Source: Myxococcales bacterium (GTDB lineage: Bacteria > Myxococcota_A > Polyangia > Polyangiales > DASUME01). From it: a stretch of 64,000 bases of DNA. How positions within the stretch are numbered: the stretch's first letter is position 1; every line of letters begins with the position of its first letter. The stretch is from NCBI GenBank assembly GCA_047601445.1, contig JASGJH010000001.1, positions 1,888,001-1,952,000 of the forward strand, given 5' to 3'. Positions 41,068 through 51,767 of the stretch are shown here, piece by piece. The position numbers were made by a program, and so were the translations under genes. The notes under the pieces are model-generated. The model had not been told where the DNA came from and did not search any database. It saw only the letters and a program-made list of their open reading frames with translations.

Positions 41068-43058
41068 CAGCGGATCCTCTCCGGGAAGGTAAGTGCGCCC
41101 AGGGTTGCCACGATGCGTGGCGGCGCCCGCGAGTTATCGACCAGCGATTGGAGATCGACCACGCGCACGACGGAGGCCCCGAAATCGGCCACGTACATCA
41201 GGTTACGGACCTCATCGACCACCATCGTGAACGGGCCCGAGAGTCCGAGCACCACGGTATCGAGTTGCTGCTGACTCCCCATGTCGAACACGTAGATGCT
41301 GCCCTCGCTGTAGCAACTCGCGAACAACACTTGCCGCTTTGCACCGTTCTTCCTGGTGAGCACGGCGCTCGAGAGCTTGCTCGGGCCAGTGCCCACCACG
41401 AGCGCGTTCTGGGTGCGGGACTCGATGGTTGTGGTGCTATCGAGGTCCAGGAAGGCCACCGATTGCTGGCTGCCGCGGATCAGCACCGCGATCTTGCGTG
41501 GGTCGTCGGCGTTCACCACGACGTCTCTTAGGTCGTAGGCCGACGCGAGCCCGGGCAAGAGCAGCGGGGTCGAGTTGTAGAACTCGAGCTGAGGCTGCGT
41601 CGCGGGCCCGGTCTCGCCGAAAGGTACCGCCTGGCGCACGCGCACGCCCATGCGCTCGACGCCCATCGCGGTGGTGATCGACGAGGTTACATAGAGCAGC
41701 TTGGCGGCTGGATCCCAGGTGCTCGGGTCGTCCATCTGCACGTTGCGCGCAGCGGCCAGCGTGACCGATGTCGTGCGCTGGGCCGGGCCCACCAACATGT
41801 CCTGCATCACCGGCCCGTTGCCGGGATCCACGAAGAGCGCGAGCTGACCGCCCTCGTGCGTGGTGGCCACGAAGGTTTGGTCCGGCGTGAAGTTCAATCC
41901 GGAAAGGTCGCTGGCTGGCGGCCCACCCAGCGTGAGTCCCAGATCACTCAGCTTGCCCGAGGTGACCGCGATGGGCGTGGCCGGGAAGTTGGTGTCGGGA
42001 TTCTTGTCTTTGTTGTTCTCGCTGTCGCCGCGCGTGCAGCGATCGCTGGAGCTGCTGCCCGCGCCGGCGCAGTCGAGCCGGCCGTTCTCGCCGATGTCGA
42101 TGTAGAGCAGGCGATTCTTGCTGCGCGTGGGCACGTAGATCCGCTTGTCGCGGATCGTCAGCCCCTGGCCATAGCTGTCGATGAAGAGCTCGTTGATGAG
42201 CAGCGAAGACGCCGGGATCGGAGCGCCGGTATCGTCTTCCAACGGGACGTCCGTGATGACCTTGAGCAAGTCAACGCAGCCAGCGGGGTCGCTCTCAGAG
42301 CAGGCGCGCTTGAAGCAGCACTTTGACTGGCGGCTGATCTGACTCCCATCGCTCGCCTTGAAGAAGCCGTCGCGACCATCGCACAGGATGCCTCGCTGGC
42401 TGCCATAGGGGCGGCCCCCGCTCAGCGTGATGGGCCCGGTCGGCGTCGCGGCATCCGACAAGCTCGCGTCGAGCTCTCCCGCGTCCGCGCCAGCATCCAT
42501 CTCCATGCCTGAGTCCGGACTCGCGCCCGCGTCGCCAGCGTCAGTCCCGCCGTCCGCGACCTCGGCGTCAGCCACGCCCGCATCGGCGGAGGCGTCTTCG
42601 CCCGCGTCACCCGCGTCGCTGGTCTCGGTGCCGGCCTCCGGGTACACCGTATTGTCAGGCACACTAGCGTCGCCGAAGGGCATGCCGGCAGCGCGCGTGG
42701 AGAGCGCGAAGCAGCTATCCTCGGCCTCCTGGTTTCTCTGGCCGATCAACGACATCAAGACATCGAGGTCGTAGGCCTGGACACTGCCGGCGTTGTAGCG
42801 AAGGTCGAAGTTCGAGTTCACCACGACCAGGTATTTGGGCAGCGGCTTCCCGTCTGCGCTAACGCCCTCGTTGACGAGCCCGACGCCCATCGGATAGGTG
42901 ATCTGCGCCGCTGGAGGTGAAATGCCGGGTTGGTCGAGGTTGCAGGCCGAAGCCAGCGATGCCGCGACGGTCCAACACGACAACTTCCACAGGGCTTTGC
43001 CCACGCGCGGCGCGGCGCGCTTCGACTTGAGCCAATCGGCGCCACGGGGCGTCTTCAT
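41067..43058 (-). CDS. Hypothetical lipoprotein, YncE-like beta-propeller with an acidic DAG-repeat insert
   Basis: ASAC lipobox; VVNSNFDLRYNAGSV; IYVPTR, LYVTS, MYVADF blades; stop overlaps the next start. Confidence 0.75.
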   Translation of the reverse strand: MKTPRGADWLKSKRAAPRVGKALWKLSCWTVAASLASACNLDQPGISPPAAQITYPMGVGLVNEGVSADGKPLPKYLVVVNSNFDLRYNAGSVQAYDLDVLMSLIGQRNQEAEDSCFALSTRAAGMPFGDASVPDNTVYPEAGTETSDAGDAGEDASADAGVADAEVADGGTDAGDAGASPDSGMEMDAGADAGELDASLSDAATPTGPITLSGGRPYGSQRGILCDGRDGFFKASDGSQISRQSKCCFKRACSESDPAGCVDLLKVITDVPLEDDTGAPIPASSLLINELFIDSYGQGLTIRDKRIYVPTRSKNRLLYIDIGENGRLDCAGAGSSSSDRCTRGDSENNKDKNPDTNFPATPIAVTSGKLSDLGLTLGGPPASDLSGLNFTPDQTFVATTHEGGQLALFVDPGNGPVMQDMLVGPAQRTTSVTLAAARNVQMDDPSTWDPAAKLLYVTSSITTAMGVERMGVRVRQAVPFGETGPATQPQLEFYNSTPLLLPGLASAYDLRDVVVNADDPRKIAVLIRGSQQSVAFLDLDSTTTIESRTQNALVVGTGPSKLSSAVLTRKNGAKRQVLFASCYSEGSIYVFDMGSQQQLDTVVLGLSGPFTMVVDEVRNLMYVADFGASVVRVVDLQSLVDNSRAPPRIVATLGALTFPERIR

Positions 43059-43194
43059 CGGGGCGGCAAGCTAGTCGTTCCCCTTGGTATGGGCAACCGC
43101 CGGAAGCGACAAACGCGTCGCAACCTCCAGGGGTTGCAACGCGTTGGGGTGGCGCGGTCAGCAGGGGTGGCGTGAGTGGCGAGGCAGGAACGCC

Positions 43195-44772
<1,578 letters not shown>

Positions 44773-44962
44773 CTGAACCTCGAGACGCGCTGGCGCGAGC
44801 GTCTCCCCTTCTACGAATGATGGGCCGAAGCGGATCTATTCCCTCGGCGTATGGCTTACGGACACGACCCAGGCGAGCTCCCTATTCACTCGACATTGGT
44901 ATGTGGCCCGGGCCGATATTTTCATGAATCGGATGGGTCAGCGAGTACAAATCGGCGGCATT

Positions 44963-46873
44963 TTAGTGAGCCGAGGTCGGGGCACGTAGTCGCAGCGCAA
45001 GCCTCAATATCCATTCCGATGCCCGCCCTGTTTCGCACAGGACTCCGCCGATGGCTGGGTGGCTCAAACGAGCCGAATCCGACGCAGAATCCGCACGCGA
45101 GAGGAGACGTGGGGCCAACCCGGACAGCTCCTCCGAGGGCCCTACACCAGGTCCCAGGACGGCCAGATCGAAGCGCGGCGCGCCATGCCGCGCTGCCTCC
45201 ACGTCCACGCCCGCGTGCGTTCCCTCAATCCCCGCATCGAGCCACAGCCCCAGGGGGCGCAGACGAGCCATCCGACGCAGCTCCGACAGCGGGAGCTCGG
45301 GCAGCCCTCCCCTCACGACCACCCCCCAGCCCGCCGGGAGCCGCGGCAGCCATGCCAGGAGCTCGGCACCAGGGACCTCGAGCCAACACTCGCGGCCGCG
45401 GGCGGCCGGGATGCCTTCGGGGCTGGTGACGGGACACACGATGCCGTCGAGCCAGGCGTCCTCCTTGGCCTGTAGCGCGGCATCCGGGGGGCCGTAGGCC
45501 CAGAGGGCGATCTCGCGCAGCTTGCGCAGCTCCTGGGCCAGGCGACGTAGCTCGGGCGAAACGACACGAGGCAACACCTGGTGGGCGCCGCGGTACACCA
45601 GTCCGCGCTGGGCGTCGACGCTCACCAGGTCCCCCTCGCGCAGCACCACGGCGCTGGGATCGTGGCGTCGGTGCACCAGGCCGGCGCGCGAGTCCACGAG
45701 CACGTCGGAGCAGCCGACCACGGCGGGTACGGCGAGACCGCGGGCGATCACGGCGGCGTGGCAGGTGAGCCCTCCGCTGGTGGTCACCACGGCGCTCGCC
45801 GCGCGGAAGGCCGCGACATCTTCAGGGCTGGCCTGATTGCGAAAGAGGATCACGGGTTCGTGGGGGGCGCGCGCGAGGGCCCGTTCGGGGTCGGTGACGA
45901 GCACACCGCTGGCCACGCCCCTACTGGCCACCAGGCCACGCAACTGGGGAGCGGAGTCACCCTGCGCGTCGGGGACAGGCGCAGGGAACTCGCGCTCGAT
46001 GAGCCCCGTGAGGTCGGCCGAGAGCAGTCGCTCAGCGTGCCGGCGGAAGGCCGGAGAGTCCGCCTCGATGGCCTCCAGCGTCACGTGCACCAGGGCACGC
46101 GCGGACATCACGAGCGGCCTCACTTGCAGCAGCCAGAGCACGCCCTGAGCGCGCACGAATTCCAGCTCCAGAGGTTCGCCAAAGCCGTGCTCGAGGCGCG
46201 CGGCAAGGGCCTCGATCTCGGCGTAGGCGGCGGGGTCGCGCACGCTCAGGCTCGACTCGCGCTGCGCTTGCTGGGCGCGGGCCGAAGTCGCGAGCGGCCA
46301 GGGGACCCGCTTGCCCGAGACCACCTGCTCCGCGCCGAGGCCTGGCAGGTACTCCCCCACGAGGCCCGCTGTGCCGCGATCCGGATCGCGGGTGAACACG
46401 ACCGCACCGAAGTCCGCCGGCCCCTCCACCTCCACGTAGCGCTGGACCAGGATGGGCAGCGCCGGCGACTCCTCCGCGATTCCCCGCGCGGCGCGCTGGG
46501 CGCGCGCGGCGGGCTTGGCGTCCGAAGCCAGCACCTCGGTGATGCCCTGCAACACGGCCTCGAGGTCGGACGCCACACCAAGCCTGGTGAGCAGGGCCCC
46601 CGGCAGCGAATCCGCCGGGCTCGAGCGAACTGCCAGGCCCATGGCGCCCTCTGCGCGCAAATCCGCGAGGGCTGCCTCGAGCGCTGCCCGCACAGCCGGC
46701 TCGCCCGAAAGGGCCGCCCGCACTTCGTCGCCACTCACGGCCACGCCCTGCGGGATCGCGCAGGCGTAGCCGAGGGCGCGACTCAGCCAGGCCGCCTTCT
46801 GTCCGTAGCGCAGGGCGTGCGCCGCGAGCTCACTGGCGGGCTGCCCGTACAATCCCGAGATCACGACGCGCAC
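44963..46873 (-). CDS. Pyruvate phosphate dikinase-like protein with a degenerate C-terminal PEP-binding domain
   Basis: YGQKAA, LAVRSS..SLPG, FTRDP..G..GEYL, LELEF..LWLLQVR, GGLTCHAAVIAR, PAVVGC; 636 aa, shorter than a full PPDK. Confidence 0.85.
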   Translation of the reverse strand: MRVVISGLYGQPASELAAHALRYGQKAAWLSRALGYACAIPQGVAVSGDEVRAALSGEPAVRAALEAALADLRAEGAMGLAVRSSPADSLPGALLTRLGVASDLEAVLQGITEVLASDAKPAARAQRAARGIAEESPALPILVQRYVEVEGPADFGAVVFTRDPDRGTAGLVGEYLPGLGAEQVVSGKRVPWPLATSARAQQAQRESSLSVRDPAAYAEIEALAARLEHGFGEPLELEFVRAQGVLWLLQVRPLVMSARALVHVTLEAIEADSPAFRRHAERLLSADLTGLIEREFPAPVPDAQGDSAPQLRGLVASRGVASGVLVTDPERALARAPHEPVILFRNQASPEDVAAFRAASAVVTTSGGLTCHAAVIARGLAVPAVVGCSDVLVDSRAGLVHRRHDPSAVVLREGDLVSVDAQRGLVYRGAHQVLPRVVSPELRRLAQELRKLREIALWAYGPPDAALQAKEDAWLDGIVCPVTSPEGIPAARGRECWLEVPGAELLAWLPRLPAGWGVVVRGGLPELPLSELRRMARLRPLGLWLDAGIEGTHAGVDVEAARHGAPRFDLAVLGPGVGPSEELSGLAPRLLSRADSASDSARLSHPAIGGVLCETGRASEWILRLALRLRAPTSAH

Positions 46874-47757
46874 CGTCCTGCGAGCAAGAAGGCTCCCGCG
46901 AGCCCCGCCCGCGGACCGAGCGCGGGTGCCACCACGAAGCTCTCCATCCCGACGACCGAAAGCTCCGCACGCGGCACGTAGTCACCGAGGTTGCGCAAGA
47001 CCTCCGCGCGCACCCGAGAGAGCAACCCGACGCGCTCGAGCACGCCTCCCCCGAGCACGATGCGGCGCGGCGAATAGGCGAGCACGCACAGCGTCACGAG
47101 CTGGCCCAGATACGCGGCCTCCAGCATCCAAACCGGGTCGTCATCCCGCAGTGCTTCCGGTGCGATGCCCGTGCGAGCTCGCAGCGCCGGCGCGGTGGCT
47201 ACCCCCTCGATGCAGCGCCCGTGGAACGGGCACACGCCTGGAAACGAGCACAAATCGGCTGCGCGCACGTGCCCGAGTTCGGGATGCATCAGCCCCTGCA
47301 AGCTGCGCCCCTCGATGACCACACCGACGCCGACGCCTGTACCCACGGTGATGTACACGCAAGGGTCCACCCCCTGTCCTGCGCCCCAGCGCTGCTCCGC
47401 CAAGGCCGCCGCATTCACATCGGTGTCGATATCCACCGGCACACCGAAGCGCCCAGCCAGACGCGAGGTCAGAGGTGTCCCGGACCAGCCGGCCTTGGGA
47501 GTTCGCAAGAGAGAACCCCAGGATGCCTGCGCGCGATCCAGCTCGAGTGGCCCGAACGAGGCGATGCCGATGGCCCGCAGGCGCCCGCGGTACGACTCGA
47601 AGAAGTCCTCCACCTCGGCCAGTGTGCTGCTCGGGTCCCGAGTCTCGATGCGGTGCTCCGCGACGATCTCGTCATGGGCCCTCCCCACCGCGCACAGCAC
47701 CTTGCTGCCGCCCAGCTCCACCGCACCCAAGAAAGGCCCGCCCGACGACGGCACCAT
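46861..47757 (-). CDS. ROK family sugar kinase (fructokinase-like)
   Basis: GAVELGGSK, GIASFGPL, DTDVNAAALAE, YITVGTGVGVG, HPELGH, CPFHGRCIEG zinc site; start ATG 47757 inside the longer track ORF. Confidence 0.93.
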   Translation of the reverse strand: MVPSSGGPFLGAVELGGSKVLCAVGRAHDEIVAEHRIETRDPSSTLAEVEDFFESYRGRLRAIGIASFGPLELDRAQASWGSLLRTPKAGWSGTPLTSRLAGRFGVPVDIDTDVNAAALAEQRWGAGQGVDPCVYITVGTGVGVGVVIEGRSLQGLMHPELGHVRAADLCSFPGVCPFHGRCIEGVATAPALRARTGIAPEALRDDDPVWMLEAAYLGQLVTLCVLAYSPRRIVLGGGVLERVGLLSRVRAEVLRNLGDYVPRAELSVVGMESFVVAPALGPRAGLAGAFLLAGRCAS

Positions 47758-47765
47758 GATCGTCC

Positions 47766-48749
47766 TCAGCCCGGCTCGGAGGGGGACTCGTTGTCCTGTT
47801 CGGCCTCGGAGAACGCTTCGTCCGCGGGCGCCTCGGAGGAGTCGCCCGCGTCTTCCGCGTGGTCTTCGGCGCTCGCTTGCCCCTCCGGCGCAGCCTCGCC
47901 CTGGGCTTCGTTGCCCTCGCCGCCGCCCTCGTCCTCGTCGCCGTGCGAAGGAGCGGCCTCGTAGTGCGTCTCGAGGTTCATGCCCTGTCCAAAGCCGGGC
48001 AAGGGCGCGCCGATGCGACGCTCGAAGATGTCGCGGCTCTCCGCGGAGAGTTCGGTGAATTCCTTGAGCGTGGGCAAGTCCCGCAGGCTCTTGAGCCCGA
48101 ACAGCTCCAGGAACTCGTTCGTGGTGCCGTAGAGCATGGGACGCCCGGCCTCGTCCTTCTTGCCGATGATCTTGAGCACGTTGCGCTCGAGCAAGACCTT
48201 GATGGCCGAGCCCGAGTCCACGCCGCGCACGTCTTCGATCTCGGGACGTGTGATGGGCTGCCGATAGGCAATGATGGCCAACACCTCGAGCTGCGCGCGC
48301 GAGAGCTTGGTCGGCTTCTGCTGCACGAGCGTGCGGACGAAGGGCGCGTAGCGCGGCGAGGTGCGGAACTGGAAGCCGCCGGCGATTTCGTCGAGCACGA
48401 TGCCGCGACCCCGATATTGCTCGGCTAGCTCGGAGAGCGCGCGCTTCACGGCGCCCGGGTCCTGGCGCGTGAGACGGGCCAGGCGCACGGCGGCCACCGG
48501 CTTGTCCGACACCAAAATCAGCGCCTCGAGAGCAGCCCGCAGGTCGTGATCGGCCAGCGCCACCGCACCGGCCAGGCCTGGGCGCCCGAGACCATCCTCG
48601 TCGTCCTCGTCGCCCTCTCCCTCGGCTGACAGCGACAGGTCGGCCTCGCCGGGCCCCAGCGTATCCGTGCCCGCGTCGGCCTCCTGCGCCTCCTGCGCGC
48701 CTTCGGACGCTTCGGACTCGCCCTCGGGCTCCTGTTCGAACTCGCTCAT
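47766..48749 (-). CDS. scpB: SMC-Scp complex subunit ScpB
   Basis: ALEALIL, LSRAQLEVLAIIAYRQPITRPEIEDVRGVDS, GRPMLYGTT.EFLELFGL.SLRDLP; acidic tails. Confidence 0.96.
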   Translation of the reverse strand: MSEFEQEPEGESEASEGAQEAQEADAGTDTLGPGEADLSLSAEGEGDEDDEDGLGRPGLAGAVALADHDLRAALEALILVSDKPVAAVRLARLTRQDPGAVKRALSELAEQYRGRGIVLDEIAGGFQFRTSPRYAPFVRTLVQQKPTKLSRAQLEVLAIIAYRQPITRPEIEDVRGVDSGSAIKVLLERNVLKIIGKKDEAGRPMLYGTTNEFLELFGLKSLRDLPTLKEFTELSAESRDIFERRIGAPLPGFGQGMNLETHYEAAPSHGDEDEGGGEGNEAQGEAAPEGQASAEDHAEDAGDSSEAPADEAFSEAEQDNESPSEPG

Positions 48750-49585
48750 GCCTGCCGTTCTTCCTCTGCTGCCGGGGCCTTTGCTTCCGTCTCGAAGCTA
48801 TTCTGCACGACCACGGTCGAAGCATCGAGAACCGCGCTCTCGATGTAGATGGGCGCGTAGGAATCCGACTGATAGATGCGCAGCAACTTCTGCTTGCCCA
48901 TCTCCAACATGGCCAGGAAGGTGACCACCAGGTCGTAGGTGGTGACGTAGCCCTCGAACAGCGACTCGAAGCTCACCCGCTGCTGCTCCTTCACCATGTC
49001 GAGGATCTCGTGGATGCGGTCCTGGATCGTGACGCGCTCCGCGGTGATCTCGCGCGAGAACTCCGCGTTGGCGCGCTTCAGCACACGATTGAACGCATCG
49101 AGCAGCTGGAACAGCGTCATGCCGCCGAGCGGCGCTTCGCCCTTGGCCTCCTCCGCTGGCGCGCCACGGGTGAACACGTCGCGACCCGCCAGGCCGCGCT
49201 CGGCCAACCCTTCCGCGGCTGCCTTGTACTTCTGGTACTCGAGCAAGCGCCGCACGAGCTCTTCGCGCGGGTCGCCCTGCTCCTCGAGGCTGTCGTCGTC
49301 CTGGTCGGCCGGCGGCGCCGGCAGCAACATCTTCGACTTGATGTGGGCGAGGGTGGCCGCCATCACGAGGTACTCGCTCACCACGTCCAGGGCGAGCTGC
49401 TCCATGGTGCGGAGGTATTCGAGGTACTTCTCGGTAACGAACGAAATCGGCAGGTCGAGGATGTCGAGCTCGTGCTCCTGGATCAGGTGCAGGAGCAGGT
49501 CGAGCGGACCCTCGAAGCCCAAGACCGAGAGGCGGAACGCGTTTGGATCGTCGGGGGCCTCATCGGTCTCTTCCATGCTCTCCAC
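48746..49585 (-). CDS. scpA: Segregation/condensation kleisin ScpA
   Basis: FEGPLDLLLHLI, EYLVMAATLAHIKSKMLLP, LVRRLLEYQKYK, VVTFLAMLEM. Confidence 0.96.
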   Translation of the reverse strand: MESMEETDEAPDDPNAFRLSVLGFEGPLDLLLHLIQEHELDILDLPISFVTEKYLEYLRTMEQLALDVVSEYLVMAATLAHIKSKMLLPAPPADQDDDSLEEQGDPREELVRRLLEYQKYKAAAEGLAERGLAGRDVFTRGAPAEEAKGEAPLGGMTLFQLLDAFNRVLKRANAEFSREITAERVTIQDRIHEILDMVKEQQRVSFESLFEGYVTTYDLVVTFLAMLEMGKQKLLRIYQSDSYAPIYIESAVLDASTVVVQNSFETEAKAPAAEEERQA

Positions 49586-49626
49586 CCACCCCTGAAATTG
49601 CTGCCCGGCCCCAGCCCTGGCGTACT

Positions 49627-49655
49627 CGTTTAGGTTTCCTGCGGCCCCGTGTCAA
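49627..49655 (-). promoter_or_regulatory. Possible sigma70 promoter for scpA
   Basis: TTGACA-N17-TAAACG on the - strand; perfect -35, weak -10. Confidence 0.3.
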
Positions 49656-49761
49656 ACACGGGCAATTGCCCACGATCTCAGGGCATGTGCGCCATCGTCC
49701 CTGATGACGCGAGCGTACACGCCGCGATACCCTTTCGGGAATAGGGGGCGACGCGCGAGCC

Positions 49762-51168
49762 GTGCGTGGCATGCAGAAGCCAAAAGACGATCGACAAGCA
49801 GGTGGGCCGGGCGGGGAGCACGGCTCATCCCAGGCCGCGAACTATCAACTAGGGGACCTCGACATCCCGGCCGCCCGTTCGCGCGCGACGGCCCAGCCCT
49901 CCCAGCGGGGCCTCGAGCCCGTGGCCAGGGCCCCCGCCCCGGTGCCGCCCCCGCCCCGCGCGAGCTCGGAGCTCGACGCGTTCGGCGCCCGCGATTTTGG
50001 TGAGGATGCCTTCGGGGATGGCACCGAGCTGGAGCTCGACGAGCCTGCGCTGCGACGCCCGGCGCCTGCCCCCCGGCCCGCAGCCGCAGGTCATGCCCCG
50101 GCCAAACCCGGGACGGTACCCCAGGCCTCGGGGCCGCGCGGCAACGCGGCGCTCGGCAGCAGCGTGCCGCGGGACGCCAACGCCAACATGCTGGTGGAGC
50201 TGCAGGAGCTGGGCGGCTTCGGGGATCCGCCGACCGGCTGGGTGAGCAGTGGTCGCTACGCGATTCACGTGGCCATCCGCCTCCTGTCGCTACGCGCGGA
50301 ACGCAAACGTGCCGTGAAGGCGCAACAGGTCGCCGAGAGCAACCACCGTACGGCGCTCGAGGAGCTCGGCCAGGTGCTGGCCGCTGCCCCGTCCGCTACC
50401 CCGGCGCTCAAGTCCTTTCATGACGCCGTGTTAGCGGCGCTGCATCAGGTATCCCAGGCCGATCAGACGTTGTCGCGAGCGCGCGACGAGAGCCGCGGGG
50501 CGCTCGAGGACTTGGCCAAGTCACGTGCCACGCTCGAACAACAGCTGCAGCCCTTCGTGGAAGCCGAAAGCGCGGCACAAACCGCCGTGCGCAAGGCCGA
50601 GGAGGACCTGAAGCGCGGCCAAGCCTGGCTGAAGCGCGTCGAGATCGAGCTGCGCGCTTTGCAGGAGACCGAGACCGAAGCCGAGCCCGCCAAGCTCGCG
50701 AACCTCGAGCAACAAAAGGCCCAGCGCCAGGCCGCCGTGTCCGGCTTCGAGGCCGCGTTGCTGCCCGTGATGTCCAAGCTCGAGCTCGCACGGCGCGAAC
50801 TCGAGCAGCGGCGGGCCGCCGTCCATGCCATCGATCGACAACGGCAAGAGCTCGAAGCAGGCGCACGGGCGAAGGAAACGTCGATTGGCAAACAAACCGA
50901 GGCCGCAGGCGAAGGCCACCGCCACGCCTTACGCGCGCTGGCGGAGGCTGCGCGCGAGCGCGGGCTCGATGGCGAGAGCGGCGCCGCGGCGCAGGCGCGC
51001 GTGAGCTTGGAGCGCGTCGACGACGCCAAGACCGAAATCAATCACTTGGATCGCGCCCGCGACCTCTACGACCACGCCGGCGCGCGCAACGGCGCGTTGC
51101 TGCTCTTGGCTATCTTGGTGTTCGGCTTGGTGGTGCTCTACCTCCAGCCCGGCATGGAGCCGGGCTGA
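49762..51168 (+). CDS. Hypothetical coiled-coil protein with a C-terminal membrane anchor
   Basis: Pro-rich disordered N-terminus, long A/E/Q/L/R heptad region, hydrophobic ALLLLAILVFGLVVLYL at the C-terminus. Confidence 0.75.
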   Translation: MRGMQKPKDDRQAGGPGGEHGSSQAANYQLGDLDIPAARSRATAQPSQRGLEPVARAPAPVPPPPRASSELDAFGARDFGEDAFGDGTELELDEPALRRPAPAPRPAAAGHAPAKPGTVPQASGPRGNAALGSSVPRDANANMLVELQELGGFGDPPTGWVSSGRYAIHVAIRLLSLRAERKRAVKAQQVAESNHRTALEELGQVLAAAPSATPALKSFHDAVLAALHQVSQADQTLSRARDESRGALEDLAKSRATLEQQLQPFVEAESAAQTAVRKAEEDLKRGQAWLKRVEIELRALQETETEAEPAKLANLEQQKAQRQAAVSGFEAALLPVMSKLELARRELEQRRAAVHAIDRQRQELEAGARAKETSIGKQTEAAGEGHRHALRALAEAARERGLDGESGAAAQARVSLERVDDAKTEINHLDRARDLYDHAGARNGALLLLAILVFGLVVLYLQPGMEPG

Positions 51169-51174
51169 ACGCTG

Positions 51175-51642
51175 TCAGAGCTCGGCCAACGTTTCGAGCA
51201 CTTGCTCGACGTGGCCGGCCACTTTCACCTTGGGAAAGATCTTTTGCACCACGCCGTCCTCGTCGATGACGACGGTGGAGCGGATGATGCCCATGCTCTT
51301 CTTGCCGTACATGTTCTTCTCGCCCCAGGCACCGAACTTCTCGACCACCTTGCCGTCCGTGTCCGACAGCAAGTCGAAGTTCAACCCGTGCTTGGCGATG
51401 AACTTGCAGTGCGACTCGACCGAGTCCTTGCTGACGCCGAGCACCACGGTATTCAACTTCTTGAAGCGCTGGGCTTCGTCACGAAAGTTCATGGCTTCGG
51501 TGGTGCAACCGGGCGTGTCGTCCTTGGGATAGAAGTAGAGAACGACGCGTTTGCCCGCGAGATCCTTCAGCGCGATCTTCTTGCCGCTTGCGGCTTGCAG
51601 AGAGAACGCGGGCGCCTTCTTACCGACTTCGAGCATGCTCAC
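51175..51642 (-). CDS. bcp: Peroxiredoxin Bcp/PrxQ
   Basis: YFYPKDDTPGCTTEA, GVSKDS..SH.KF, EKNMYGK..MGI.RST. Confidence 0.95.
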   Translation of the reverse strand: MSMLEVGKKAPAFSLQAASGKKIALKDLAGKRVVLYFYPKDDTPGCTTEAMNFRDEAQRFKKLNTVVLGVSKDSVESHCKFIAKHGLNFDLLSDTDGKVVEKFGAWGEKNMYGKKSMGIIRSTVVIDEDGVVQKIFPKVKVAGHVEQVLETLAEL

Positions 51643-51767
51643 CTCGCGACGGAGTATAGGGCCAGGTAACCCCCTCTACGAACCAGCTCACGTGGTCCTC
51701 TAAAACAAAATTCGAGTGCGAAGTTTGCTCGACAGAAACCACTGATCATCGAGTTAGGATCGCTGAC

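Noticed and set aside
44963..46873. Rifampin phosphotransferase call
   Set aside because: The His domain is central and PPDK-specific motifs (FTRDP, GEYL) are present; RPH has a large middle domain and a C-terminal His domain
49762..51168. SMC subunit
   Set aside because: No Walker A/B, signature motif or hinge, and it has a TM anchor
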